Positions 18,688 to 30,600 of a stretch of 64,000 nt of DNA are shown here, in pieces (within the stretch, counting starts at the first letter, position 1; each line of letters starts with the position of its first letter). This stretch comes from a virus: positions 49,109 to 113,108 of IMG/VR virus record IMGVR_UViG_3300024346_000017. One strand, given 5' to 3'. The notes beneath the pieces were generated by a model. It had not been told where the DNA came from. It searched no databases and saw only the letters and a list, made by a program, of their open reading frames with translations. The translations under genes were made by a program, and so were the position numbers.

Positions 18688-19471
18688 TGGAGTAGCTTTA
18701 TTACATGCATCATCTGGTCTAGAAAGATTAATGGTGGGATCAGCAGCAGCTGGTGTTCTTAAAGACAGCAATGTTGCACAGATATCTGCTTTCTTATATT
18801 ACCAAGCAAATGTCGCAGCAAGACTAGAGTCAAATAAAGCATTTCAAAGATTATTTAAGACAACAATATTTAACCAGATAGAAAAAGATTTTGGTTTATT
18901 TATTGATTCACAGGCTAGAACAAAGCCAAAGTCCCTGCACCATGTTTATGAATGGAATAAGACTGGGCAATCAGCAAGTCGTCTTTTTAAGCTAAATCAG
19001 CTAGATGGCATAGGGCTATCATTTAAAATTAACTATGAGTTTAAGCTTTCAAAATCTTCAGTGCCATCAAGGAGCAGAGAGCAAAAAAGCAGATATGTAT
19101 TTGAAAGAAAAGCTGCTGTTATGGAAAAGGGAATGCCGATAGTTATTAGACCAAAGTCAGCAGAAAGATTAGTTTTTGAAATTGATGGAGAAAAGGTTTT
19201 TATGCCCAAAGGGAAGTCAGTTACTGTAAAGAGCCCTGGAGGAAGACTATCCACAAATCAGTTTGACTTAACATATAGCAGATATTTTAGCGGACCACTA
19301 GTAAGCAATTCAATAAAGATGTCTGGATTCCAAAATCTATTTGGAGCCAAGTTCGAAAGAGCCATGAGAGTTCCTTCATCTATTGCCAAGGTGCGTTATT
19401 CATTCAGTCCAGGTACAATTAGATTGCAAGCTGAGGCGGCATTAACAGAAAAATTCGGAGGAGTATTCTAA
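18677..19471 (+). CDS. Neck/tail-completion protein
   Basis: LHHVYEW, FERKAAVME.G.P..I.PK motifs; position. Confidence 0.55.
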   Translation: METSGVALLHASSGLERLMVGSAAAGVLKDSNVAQISAFLYYQANVAARLESNKAFQRLFKTTIFNQIEKDFGLFIDSQARTKPKSLHHVYEWNKTGQSASRLFKLNQLDGIGLSFKINYEFKLSKSSVPSRSREQKSRYVFERKAAVMEKGMPIVIRPKSAERLVFEIDGEKVFMPKGKSVTVKSPGGRLSTNQFDLTYSRYFSGPLVSNSIKMSGFQNLFGAKFERAMRVPSSIAKVRYSFSPGTIRLQAEAALTEKFGGVF

Positions 19472-19977
19472 TGACAGATTATAGTATAGACGCAATGTAT
19501 GAAGTGAGAAAACACCTATGGAGTCAGCTTGTATTAAATAATATAATTGATCCAAATGATTATTACAGCGATAATCTTGGAGAGACTATTATTCCAATAA
19601 TACCAGTTCAACAATCTCCAGAAATGAATCAATTTTTGAGCGGCAAGACCCATATAGTCTATGACAAGATGGGTAGCACCTATGAAGAAAACTGGATGAT
19701 ATGCTGCGAGAAGATATCATTTACTATATACTCAGTAGACTTTGCAGAGATCAATATAATCAGAAATATGATGATAGACGTATTTAGAAGAATGGATGAA
19801 TCAGCCAGAGACCTAAATCAGTCTAAGTCAACAAGCAAGATAATATTTCACAATACAATGATCCTAGAGATGTCTCCAACAGAGCCTTCTACAGAGCTGG
19901 CAGGATTCCTGGCAGCAGATGTCATTCTAGAGGTCAAATATTCTAGGACAGTAGGGGCAAAAGGCCGATTTGATTAG
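19471..19977 (+). CDS. Tail terminator protein
   Basis: Position before major tail protein; IIPVQQ.PE, FTIYS motifs. Confidence 0.6.
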   Translation: MTDYSIDAMYEVRKHLWSQLVLNNIIDPNDYYSDNLGETIIPIIPVQQSPEMNQFLSGKTHIVYDKMGSTYEENWMICCEKISFTIYSVDFAEINIIRNMMIDVFRRMDESARDLNQSKSTSKIIFHNTMILEMSPTEPSTELAGFLAADVILEVKYSRTVGAKGRFD

Positions 19978-19978
19978 T

Positions 19979-20007
19979 TTGCCTTTTGGTTGATTGTAAG
20001 ATAAAAT
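19979..20007 (+). promoter_or_regulatory. sigma70-type promoter for major tail gene
   Basis: TTGCCT-17-TAAAAT, same hexamers as at 14325. Confidence 0.7.
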
Positions 20008-20098
20008 TGTACCAAGAGGAAAAGAGCCTAGCCAGCTTAATTTAAAGTTTTACAGCAAGTCAATATATATATATATTTATTTAATGGAGGTTTTACAC

Positions 20099-20854
20099 AT
20101 GGCAACACAAGTCGCAGGTAACGCTAAGAATATTCTAGTTGGTGCTTCACCACTATTTATTTCTAACATTGACGTTACAACAACAGGATACCAGGACAAT
20201 GCAGAAGCAGGAGTACTGTTCCCAGCATTAGCAACAGGAGCAGCAATTCAGGTACCACTATTTAAGGCACCAACTTCATCAGCAGAAGGTGAGTCTTATA
20301 CAGATACACTTAACGCAATTGATGCAGAAGCATTTGCAGCTGGAGATCCAAAGAAATTCGCATATCGTAACGTAGGTTACACAAACAATGGTCTTCAGGT
20401 AACATACAACCCATCATACGGTTCAGTTACAGTAGATCAGCTTCTTGATACAGCAAAGCTATTCAAGGAGTCAATGGAAGTTATGATCGCAACAGAAATG
20501 GCTGAAGGTACACTTCAGAACATTCTTACAGTATTCGGTCAATCAGCAGGCACACTTACAGATGGAGCAACAACAGACAAGCTTGGTCTTGCTGGTGGTG
20601 CTCTAGGTGAGGCTCCAACAGAGCGTCAGCTAATCGCAGTAGGTCAGGCACCAACTTCTGGTTCAGGAGTAACAAAGGCAGAGCGTGTATACTATGCACG
20701 TCGTGTTCTTTCTGTACAACAGTCACAGTTCTCTTTGGCTCGTAACGCAGCATCAACATTCCCAGTCACATTCCGTTTGCTTCCAGACGGTTCTAAGCAG
20801 GGTCAGGAATATGGTTTTATTGTAGATCGTGTTCTTTCAAAGCTATCAGCATAA
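20099..20854 (+). CDS. Major tail (tube) protein
   Basis: NILVGA, VGYT..G....Y.P....V.VDQ, FPVTFRLLP; SD GGAGG before ATG 20099. Confidence 0.88.
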   Translation: MATQVAGNAKNILVGASPLFISNIDVTTTGYQDNAEAGVLFPALATGAAIQVPLFKAPTSSAEGESYTDTLNAIDAEAFAAGDPKKFAYRNVGYTNNGLQVTYNPSYGSVTVDQLLDTAKLFKESMEVMIATEMAEGTLQNILTVFGQSAGTLTDGATTDKLGLAGGALGEAPTERQLIAVGQAPTSGSGVTKAERVYYARRVLSVQQSQFSLARNAASTFPVTFRLLPDGSKQGQEYGFIVDRVLSKLSA

Positions 20855-20872
20855 TTAATACAATTAATTAAT

Positions 20873-20906
20873 AGAAGCCCCCCAAGAAATTGGGGGGTTT
20901 CTTATT
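20873..20906 (+). terminator. Intrinsic terminator after major tail gene
   Basis: agaagccccccaa-GAAA-ttggggggtttct-tatt. Confidence 0.85.
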
Positions 20907-20933
20907 GCCATTATATTTTACATATGATACAAT
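20905..20933 (+). promoter_or_regulatory. sigma70-type promoter
   Basis: TTGCCA-17-TACAAT with TG extension. Confidence 0.75.
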
Positions 20934-20963
20934 AATTAAGACGAGATCCTAGGAGGATTTAAA

Positions 20964-21296
20964 TTGGCAACAACAGTATATGATGTAGAAGAAATTCAGC
21001 TACAAAATGGCGCAACCGTAAAGCTAAAGCCTTTAACAATTAAAGAGCTTAGAAAGTTTATGTCAGCTATTGCAAAGACAGCAGAAGTTACTACAGAAGA
21101 TGAAACCCTAACAATTCTTATTGACGCTTGTGCAGTAGCACTAGAAAAGCAGCTACCAGAATTAGTAGCAGACAGAGACGCATTTGAAGACGTATTAGAT
21201 GTACCAACAATTAATCGTATCCTTGAAGTTTGCGGTGGCATTAAGATGGACGATCCAAATTTGCTAGCAGCAGCGGTTCTAGCTGGTCAGAACTAG
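20964..21296 (+). CDS. Tail assembly chaperone (G)
   Basis: SD AGGAGG plus TTG; between major tail and tape measure genes. Confidence 0.85.
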   Translation: MATTVYDVEEIQLQNGATVKLKPLTIKELRKFMSAIAKTAEVTTEDETLTILIDACAVALEKQLPELVADRDAFEDVLDVPTINRILEVCGGIKMDDPNLLAAAVLAGQN

Positions 21297-21622
21297 ATCT
21301 AGCTGCGTTAGAAGGAGAAGTATTTCTAATAGGAAACTATAAGAATTACGAGGAATTGGAAGACAATCTTTCAATGCCAGAATTGATTCAAACTTTTACA
21401 TCTATGCAAAAGTCAGAGTCAGAAAAAAGAAAATTCTTAGCTGCAATACAAGGTGTAGATCTTGAAGGTGGCCAAGAAGAAGAAACAAGTAGCTTTGAAG
21501 ATGTAAGAAGAAGAGCTCTTGGAATTACTGCAGACGCAACAGATGTTGTTTCACTACAGGGTCAGTTTGCATCAGAAGCAGGGTTTGGTATCGGAGCTGG
21601 CCTCGGATACAAAAAGGAGTAG
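21257..21622 (+). CDS. Tail assembly chaperone -1 frameshift extension (T part of GT)
   Basis: -1 frame open from 21245 to 21622; slippery A-AAT-TTG at 21257-21263; reads ...SWSELDLAALEGEVFLIGNYKNYEELEDNLSMPEL... Confidence 0.8.
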   Translation, partial: KFASSSGSSWSELDLAALEGEVFLIGNYKNYEELEDNLSMPELIQTFTSMQKSESEKRKFLAAIQGVDLEGGQEEETSSFEDVRRRALGITADATDVVSLQGQFASEAGFGIGAGLGYKKE

Positions 21623-21626
21623 GTAG

Positions 21627-24600
21627 TTGGCAGATCAAAATATAGTTACCAACATAACTGCGACGGCTAATTTTTCTAGCCTAACAGCGCAGTTACAAGC
21701 GGTGACCTCCCAACTTCTTAAGCTTCAAGCAACAACGATTGGTTTAAATAAAAATCTAACTAGCCAAGTTGGAGTCATGAATCGTCAGTTTGACGAAACC
21801 ATGCGCTCCACTGGCCAGTTTGCTAGACACTTTGTAACACTAACTTCAGACGTATCTAAGTTCGGTCAGAACCTAGATAGCGGAAGAATGAAGCTAAGCC
21901 AATATTTTCAAACATGGCAGGGACATACAAGAAAAACTAGCTCATTAGTTAAAGAGCTAGCCAAGCAGCAGGTAATGCTTGAGAACGCAGTAGTTCAGCC
22001 TCTCGGCAAAAATGCTCAAGGATTAATGCAATACAACGTTATGGTTCAATCTGGACTAGACGTTACAAAAAACAAATCAGCATTACTAAGACAAGAACTA
22101 GCCATCATGAACAAGGTGATGATGGATGGATCAAATCAACTTATTAACTGGGGTAAGAATACTCAGTGGGCTGGTAGACAGCTCACAGTAGGATTAACTG
22201 TCCCACTTGCTGCATTTGGAATGGCGGCAGCAAAAGCATTTAGAGAAGCAGATCAAGAGTTAGTAAGACTAACAAAAGTTTATGGCGGATTAACAGCAAC
22301 ATCAAGTGCTGATCTATTGCAGGTTAGAAAAGATGTAATTGCTGTATCAAGAGAATTAGCTTCTGGCTTAGGAGCAAACTTTAAAGAAACTATCGGTGTA
22401 GCAGCAGACATTGCTGCAACTGGAAAACAAGGCGCCGAACTTATAGATTCTACAAGACAGACTACAAGACTTGCTATACTCGGTGAAGTAGATAGACAAG
22501 ATGCCATGAAGGCTACATTAGCAATTCAAACAGCATTTAGTCAAAACACAATGGAGCTTGCTGAGTCTATTGACTTCCTCAACGCCGTTGAAAACCAGAC
22601 ATCTACAACACTAGAAGATTTAGTAACAGCAATTCCAAAAGCAGGACCAGTAGTAAAAGCTTTGGGTGGAGATGTACAAGATCTTGCACTTTATTTAACA
22701 GCAATGCGTGAAGGTGGAATTAATGCTTCAGAAGGAGCTAACGCACTTAAGTCTGCATTAGCATCTGTCATTAACCCAACAAAGGTTGCAAAAGAAATGT
22801 TTATGGGTCTTGGAATAGACTTAGCAGGAATTGTAGATAAAAATGCTGGAAACTTAACTGGCACAATTATGGCACTAAAGGACTCATTAGATTCGCTTGA
22901 GCCACTACAAAGAGCAAGAGCTATTGAGCAGCTATTTGGAAAGTTCCAGTTTGCTAGAATTAATGCATTGTTTGAAAACCTAGGTAAGCAGGGTAGCCAG
23001 ACACTTCAAGTTTTAGATTTGATGAAAGCTAGCACACAAGACTTAGCATCTATTTCTGAAAGGGAATTAAATGCTCTTACTGAATCTGCTTCTGGTAAAT
23101 ATAGAAGAGCACTTGAGTCAGTAAAAGCAGAGCTTGCTATTGTTGGAGAGCAATTCTTAAAAGTAGGAGCATTTGTATTAAATGCTATTGATGGAATTTT
23201 AAAGTTTATTGGAAACCTTCCAGGACCAATTAAAGCTGTACTAGGATTTATTGGCAGCCTTACGGCTATTGCTGGTCCTATAATCATGCTTACTGGTGTT
23301 CTGGCCAACTTCTTTGGATATATTATAAAGGGAGTATTAGCACTAAAAAATATTGGAAAGGGCGGAACAGGGTTTAAGTTATTAACCCCAGAATTAATGG
23401 CAGCAGCATCTGCTGCTGAAACCGTAGAACAATCATTCTATAGCGACACAAAAGCAGCGGCTACATTCTCTGATGCAGTTTTAACTCTAGCAGCATCATT
23501 TGAAAAACTAAAGCAAAGCGCAATGAGCTCTACAATTGCTACATCTAATAGCATGTCTACTGTTGCAGGAAACCCAGTTATGGGAGTTGGCGGAAGAATT
23601 GTAGATAAGAGCCACCCACTTGTAGGGCGGGCATACTCAAGAGATATGTCTCACCTTACACCAACAGGATCACTTACTCCAGAGCAAAGAGCAAGAGAAA
23701 CAATCTTTTCAACAGTTCCTGGACCTAAGCCAGTAAATCAAAGAATTTCAAATTCTCCACAGGTATATATGGATGGAGATCTTCCAAAGATACCAGGAAT
23801 AACATCTGTAAATGGAGTTTCAACTGGTGTAGTTGCAGCTGAAGCAGCCAAGTGGCACTCAATGACCGCAGCAATTGCTATGCAGTCAAAGGCTGAATTA
23901 GCAGTACTTAAAACTGAAATAGCAGCAACTGGAACAATTACAGCATCACTAGCAGATTCATATCAAGCACTTCTTCCTCAAATGACAAAGGTGACAACTT
24001 TAGCTGCACAAGAAACTGCAATGATAGTTCAACAACTACAGGCTGGCAAAATTACTGTTGAAGCAGCAAGAGCAAAGATATTTGCACTAAATGCTCAAGT
24101 TGAGGCTATGATAGCTCAGACAGCTACAGGCGTTGCAACTGCACAAGCAAGAACTTTAAGTTTAACTACAGTACCTTTAACAACTCAACCAGTAGTAAAT
24201 GCAGCTGGAAGATCAAATATGAAAGAGCTTTTCCATAAATCAGAAACCTCAAAGATGGTTGATGTAATTGCAAGAGCTTTGGGAGTTAGAACTTCTGGTG
24301 CTGGTTACAGTATAGAAACAACAAAACCTAGATTTAATACTGGTGGACAAATTGAATCTTTCGGAGCAAATAAAACACGGGTAAGTGGACCTGCATCAAT
24401 TTCATATGACGACAGAATGGGTAGCGTTCCACTAAATGGATATGTTCTTAATCAGCCAGCATCGTTGGATCCAAGAAATGCTCCACTAGTACAGGCCGCA
24501 GCCTCTACTCATCAAAATTCTGGCGGAAATATAACTGCTCTTCTTACACCACAAGAGACAGTGTTTGGTCCAGGAATACAAGAAAACCCAGAACTTTTTG

Positions 24601-27600
24601 CTGCAGTTGATGCAGCAAATAATGGAATTCCTTTTTCATCATTTATGGGTGGAGGAAATATTACATTATCAAGATCAAATTACGGCGCTATAAACCCAGC
24701 AGTAATGGCAAGAATTTTAGGCCAACTGTTTAGACGAAATCCAAAACTTTCAAAAGAAATTTTAAAGGGAAGAGATTTAAGACTTACTGGTGCAGAGGCA
24801 AGAGCATACCAAGAAGGAGTATTTGGTTCTGCACTTAAATCTTCATCCAGAGCATTAGGCAGAGAGTATTATTTTGTAGGAAATTGGGGAGGAAGACTAA
24901 GATCAAGTGTTAACTCTGCACTTGCACATGGTGCTGCTAGAAGATCTGATATTGTGAGCGATTTAATGCACAGTACATCGCAACAAGCACTTCCATCACT
25001 TACTAGATTCCTACAGGTCAATAAAGTTTCGCCAGATAAAATACAGCTAATCACAGATAGAGCTAGAGCAAATATCGTTTCTAGCTTATCTGGTACTGGA
25101 AAAATTGGAGAAGCTGAATGGTCAAGAATCCAACACAGAGAGTACCTTGCTGCAGCAAAAGAGCTTCGTTTAAGAAAAGAATATTTAGAGAGTCTAAATG
25201 TTCCAGGACAAAGAAGAGGACACTCAACAGATCCAGCAGCTAGAGGAATTCAAGCAGAAACTGCTTTAAATCCTTATGGCACAACAGACCTAGGAAAGCT
25301 TATATCTGCAAACGACCAAAATGGCACAAGGTTCATGGGTTCATATCGTACCTATGGAATAGAAAGAATTAATGGAGAGCCAACCGCATTAGCTCACATG
25401 ATGCCTAAATTTAATTCTGGTGGACGAATTGGCGGGATGATAAGGTCTGGTAAGTACAACTACGGAGTTATGGGCAATGTACTAAAGTCTTTAGCCATGA
25501 GAAGAATAGGCGCTGGCTTTGGACCAACAGGTGCACCAAAGCCTAGTACGTATGAGTCAGCCCCATGGGGAGTAAGCTCTCTATCAATTAAAGCAGCAGA
25601 CACACTATTTGCTGACACGGGTCTAAGAAAGAATTCACAAAAACTTCTATACGATAAGTTTGCTGCGGCACTAGCCCAAGAAAAACCTTACGGATATGTT
25701 AAGGGTGTTAATGGAGAATTAAGAAACGCCCTTGAGCCAGCATCATTAGATTCTGTTATAAGAAAAGCCGCAAGCGACCTTATGTCTGATAGAAGAGCTT
25801 ACATGCAGCTTTCTCCAATTGACAGAGACATACTTAGAAAGAAATATTTAAACTGGGAATCTAAAAAAGATACACCTATTACTGAATCTTTAAAACAAAG
25901 AATTTTTGGAAGTAGCACTCCAGGATTTATGGGTGGCGGTATTATTCGTCGTGGTAAAAATGCATACGGAGTAAAGGGTAACCCAGCTGCTCGTGCAGCT
26001 CAAGAAGCGGCAAAAAGAGCAAGAAGAGAAGCATTTGAACAACGTACAGGATCTGATCCAGAATATAGAGAAGGACCACTAACTGGTTCAAAAACAACAG
26101 TAGTTGGCAATGGTGGAGTAAGAACAAACGTTTATGGACTACAAGGATCACTTCCTTATGCTCCAGGATTAGGTTTACCATTCCAAAGAGCAAACATAGC
26201 AATAGACTCAATGTTTTCTTCTATTGGCAATTCACTTAAGACTGCATCCGACAGACTAATTGTTAAAGCTAGAATGTTGCCAGACCAAATTAAATCATCA
26301 ATGATGGCAGTTACTGGAAGTATTCAGCAATTAGGCACATCAATTAAAACAGTAGCTACAGGAGCTTCAGCTGCAATTGCTTCATCAGTAAGAAGTTTTG
26401 CATCTTCTTACAAGCCTGGTGGATCTGAAATATTAAAGTATGGCGCTCCTGGAGCATTTATTGGCACAAGAGAAGATCGTGGAGCAAGAATTACTGGATC
26501 ATTTAAGGCCAACGCTGCTTATTCAACTGCAGCAATGATGCATCCAATTCAATACTTAAAGACTAAGGGTATTGGAGCAGATCCAAACACACCTCTTGGC
26601 TCAGGCAACATGGGTAACATGGTTGGAATGATGGGCGGAATGGCAGCAGGAACTGCCATAGGAGGAAAGCTAGGTGGACAAAACGGTGCCATGATGGGCA
26701 GTATGGTTGGAATGATGGCTGGCCAATCTGTTATTAAGGGCGTAGGCGGAATGATTGCAAAACGTGCTGCAGCAAGTGCAGCAACAGCAGGATTAGCTTC
26801 CGCAGGATTTGGCGCAACAGCAGCAGCTGCTGCAGGCTTGGTTGCACCATTAGCAGCAGTAACAGCAGCAGGATATGCTGGATACAAAATGTGGAAGCAC
26901 TATAAAGAAGGACAAACCCTTAATATATCTACTTTTGGAATGACTGCAGAAGCAGCTAAAAAGGCTAACTTAAGATTTACAGACTTTGGCTCAAAGATAA
27001 AAGACACTATTCAAGATTCAAAAGACATGGCGGCTGCAAATAAACTCGTTTATGAAAGCATGAAGGATGGCGGAACTCCATTCCAAATGAGTATTGCGGA
27101 ATATAAAAAGCTTAAGAAGGAAGTCAAAGAAACTTTTGGAGAGCAGATAAAAGCTTTAGATAGACAGCCTTCAAATAAGGTACCAGATGCAGTTCGTAGA
27201 ATTAAAGAGCAGCTAATTGCTGCTGGCATGTCTGCAGACGAAGCAACTAAAAAGGTATTTACAATGCTTCAACTTTCAAATAAAAAAGATCAATCAATTA
27301 CTGCAACAATGGGTAACAATAGCTTTAAAAATATTACAGACCCACAAAGTGCTGCAGTTTCTGCAGTAACAAGTTTTGGCGCAGATACAAAAGATCAAGG
27401 AAACAAAGAAAAGGCAGCATCACTAAACACAGCTTTAATGGCAACTGAAACTGGAATAAATGATTTAATAGCTAAGAGAGAACGCCTTGTAGCAAAAGAT
27501 TTATCTGGAAAGACAAAGTCACTTACATACGCAGAAGCCGAAAAGATAATGATAGACAAGATCAACAAGTCTAAAGAGGCTGGCACAGTTATTACTCAGG

Positions 27601-30600
27601 GAACAATCGATGAGATGGCCAAAACAAATCCAGAAGTAAGAAAGATGATTAATGGATCTGATACTGTAGTAAGCGTATGGCAAAAGATTAGGTTAGAAGC
27701 ACAAGGATTTGAAGGCGACCTTTCTCAACTAAATGCTGCACAAACAAAACTTATTGCAGACTCGTTTGCAGCAATATCTGATGCTGTAGTTGCAAAAAAC
27801 AGAGGTGGAATATTAAAAGATCAGTACGCATCACTTGATAAACTAGAAAAGCAAATTAAGAATTATACAAAAGCTCTTAAGGGACAATCAGTTGCGGAAC
27901 AAATATCTGATAGAGATAGACTGAAAGCACTTAATAAACAAATAGAGGCTATAAATAAACTGGCGGAGTCAAGAAAGAAAGCTCTTGCTGCCGCACAAGA
28001 AGATGCAAACCTTGGAAGACAAATTGAAAAGGTTAGACTTGAGATACAAAATGCAGTTTCAGTCGGAGATACCGAAAAGGCACAAAGCTTAAGAATTGAT
28101 TTAGAGTCACTTACTTCACAGCAGCAAACAGATGCCCAGATGAAGGCAATAGATACTGCTGCGGAAGCCGCAACTAAGCCTTTAAAGGCTGCCATGGATG
28201 CTATTACAAATAAGCAAGAAAAGCTTGGTGACGCAGCTGCACTAGCAGGAGAAAGTTTAGATAAGTTAAAAGATAGATACGATAAGCAACAAGCAGCAAT
28301 TAAAAAAGTAAATGATTCTATGACTGCTTTATATGGAAATGCTGCAGCAGCAGGATTAACGGTTGAGGCTTACGCAAAGAAAAATAAAGAGGCATCTGCG
28401 GGATTTGTAGCCGCAATGGAAGCTGCCACAGGCGCAGCAATGCCAAAGTATAAAGAAAAAACATACTATAACGGCAGTATGTTGGTTACAGAAAAGGTTC
28501 CAATTGCTCCATATGAAAACGCACTAGAGCTTCTAGCAAAATCTGGTGCCGCTACAGGAGTAAACGAAGCACTTGCAAATAGCATTAAAGGTGGAGCAAC
28601 TCTAAAAGATGTTGTTGATGCAGTCAATGGTAAAAACGGCAAGCCTGCATTAAGAAAAGATATTGTAGTAAAAGGTGATTACTCTAACAGTAAAGAAGAT
28701 AAAGAGTTTGATGGCAAAAAAGTTAAAGTTCTAAATGCAGAAGCTCGTGATGCTATTAGAAAGAGACTTAAACTTGAGCCAGGAGAAACATTTATAGTTG
28801 ATGGACAAAAGTATAAGCAGAACACTACTGGTGGAACTCCAATTTGGGTGGGGCCAGCTCCACAAACACCTGCTTTACATGAAGGCGGAAAAATATCTGG
28901 TCCAGGTACCTCAACATCAGATTCAATTCCAGCAATGCTTTCAGATGGAGAATATGTATTTAGTGCAAAGGCTGTAGATGCAGCTGGTGGACCAGACGCC
29001 GTAGATTCTTTGCACAAAGCACTTAGAAGAGCAGATGGAGGACCAATTGGAAAACAGAAGCCTCAAAAACAACAGCTTCCATTTTTCCCATGGCGTCATG
29101 ATCTTCCAGATTACTGGAGTAATGGTGCACCAACGGGAAATCCACGTACTGGAAGATGGGGAGAATTAAGATACAATCCGTCTAAGGGTAAAGATATTTG
29201 GGGCGGAACAGAAATTCCAGGACTTAAGTTTACTGGAAAGACACCACAGCAATCAGACTACTGGCATCAGATGACTGAGCAGCCAAGTAAATCTCGTGGT
29301 CCAGGAATGGGTATAGACAAAGATCCAATGAGACTTGCAGGCTCTGGAGCATCTATGGGATTTTCTGGAAACGGAGCATATGGGTTCGGCCCACTATTGT
29401 TTGCAGAGGGTGGATCAGTAAAGAAACAAAATTGGTTCCAGAGATACGTTGCAAGCTTAACTAAATCAAGTGACTCATTGCCAGCATGGGCCAGAGACCC
29501 ACTTGGAGTTCAAGCCCTTTTAAGAAATATTGCAGGGCAAGGCAGAAAGGGAGATAATCTTTCATCTGCATTAATGCCGCTAAACTTTATGGGCGTAGGT
29601 AAACTTGGAAAAACAGCAGCATCTTCAGTGCCTAAAGTAGTAGGTTCAGTTTCCCATCTTACTCCAGAGATGAAATCCTTTAGCATGGCAGACATTGATG
29701 CTAAGGCAATTCAGGCTTTATCAAAGTTAGATCCTTCTTCAATAAAAATTCCAGAGACAGGAATTACTTTTAGCCCAAGCTCAGCAAGAGCTGCTCTTGA
29801 AGGATGGAAACAAACAGGAGATGCAGCTGGAGCCTCTCTTTGGGAAATTGTTCAGGCGCAAAGAGAAACATTACTAAAAGCTAAATATCCAAAAATTGAT
29901 TTTTCTGATGTAGCAAAATTTAACGAATACTATGCAAAAGAATTTTACGACTTGCTTCCAGACGAGGCTATTAAGTTATTTAAGGGTGTAAGAAGCACAG
30001 CAGGAGATGCATGGAGAACTGGTCAAAAAGATCTAGGTACTTATTTTTCAACTAATCCACATGTAGCCGCACTTTATAGCGCAATGATAGGAAAGGCAAA
30101 AATTGGCGAAGAGCTGCCAATGTTCAGTATTGATAAAAGAATATCCGAACTTAAAAATTTTCTAGGTGAAGGAGCAATAAGAAATGGCTCTGCACAAGGG
30201 AGCATGGAGTTCCCACAAGTATTGGGCGGCGAAGATCTATCAAGGATTTTGCCTAACATATATTCATTACCAGGACAAGTTTACGGACAGATGTTTGGTG
30301 CTACAGCAAAGTCATTAAAAGAGATAAAGAATTTATGGCCTTCTGGTTTTGCTCAAGGAGGCTACGTACCTAAATTTAAAAATGGAATTAACGTAGTCCC
30401 ACAGGATATGTTAGCAATGATTCACAAAAATGAATCTATAGTTCCAGCCAGTATGAACCCATTTAATCCAGATGCAGCAATGCCAAAATACAATTTTAAT
30501 AGGTCTTCATTTAATGTAAGAGGAGACGGAGCAATTGGAGCATCTTATACTGTTAATCAAAACATATACGCATCTGATGGAATGGATGTAGAGGCCCTAT

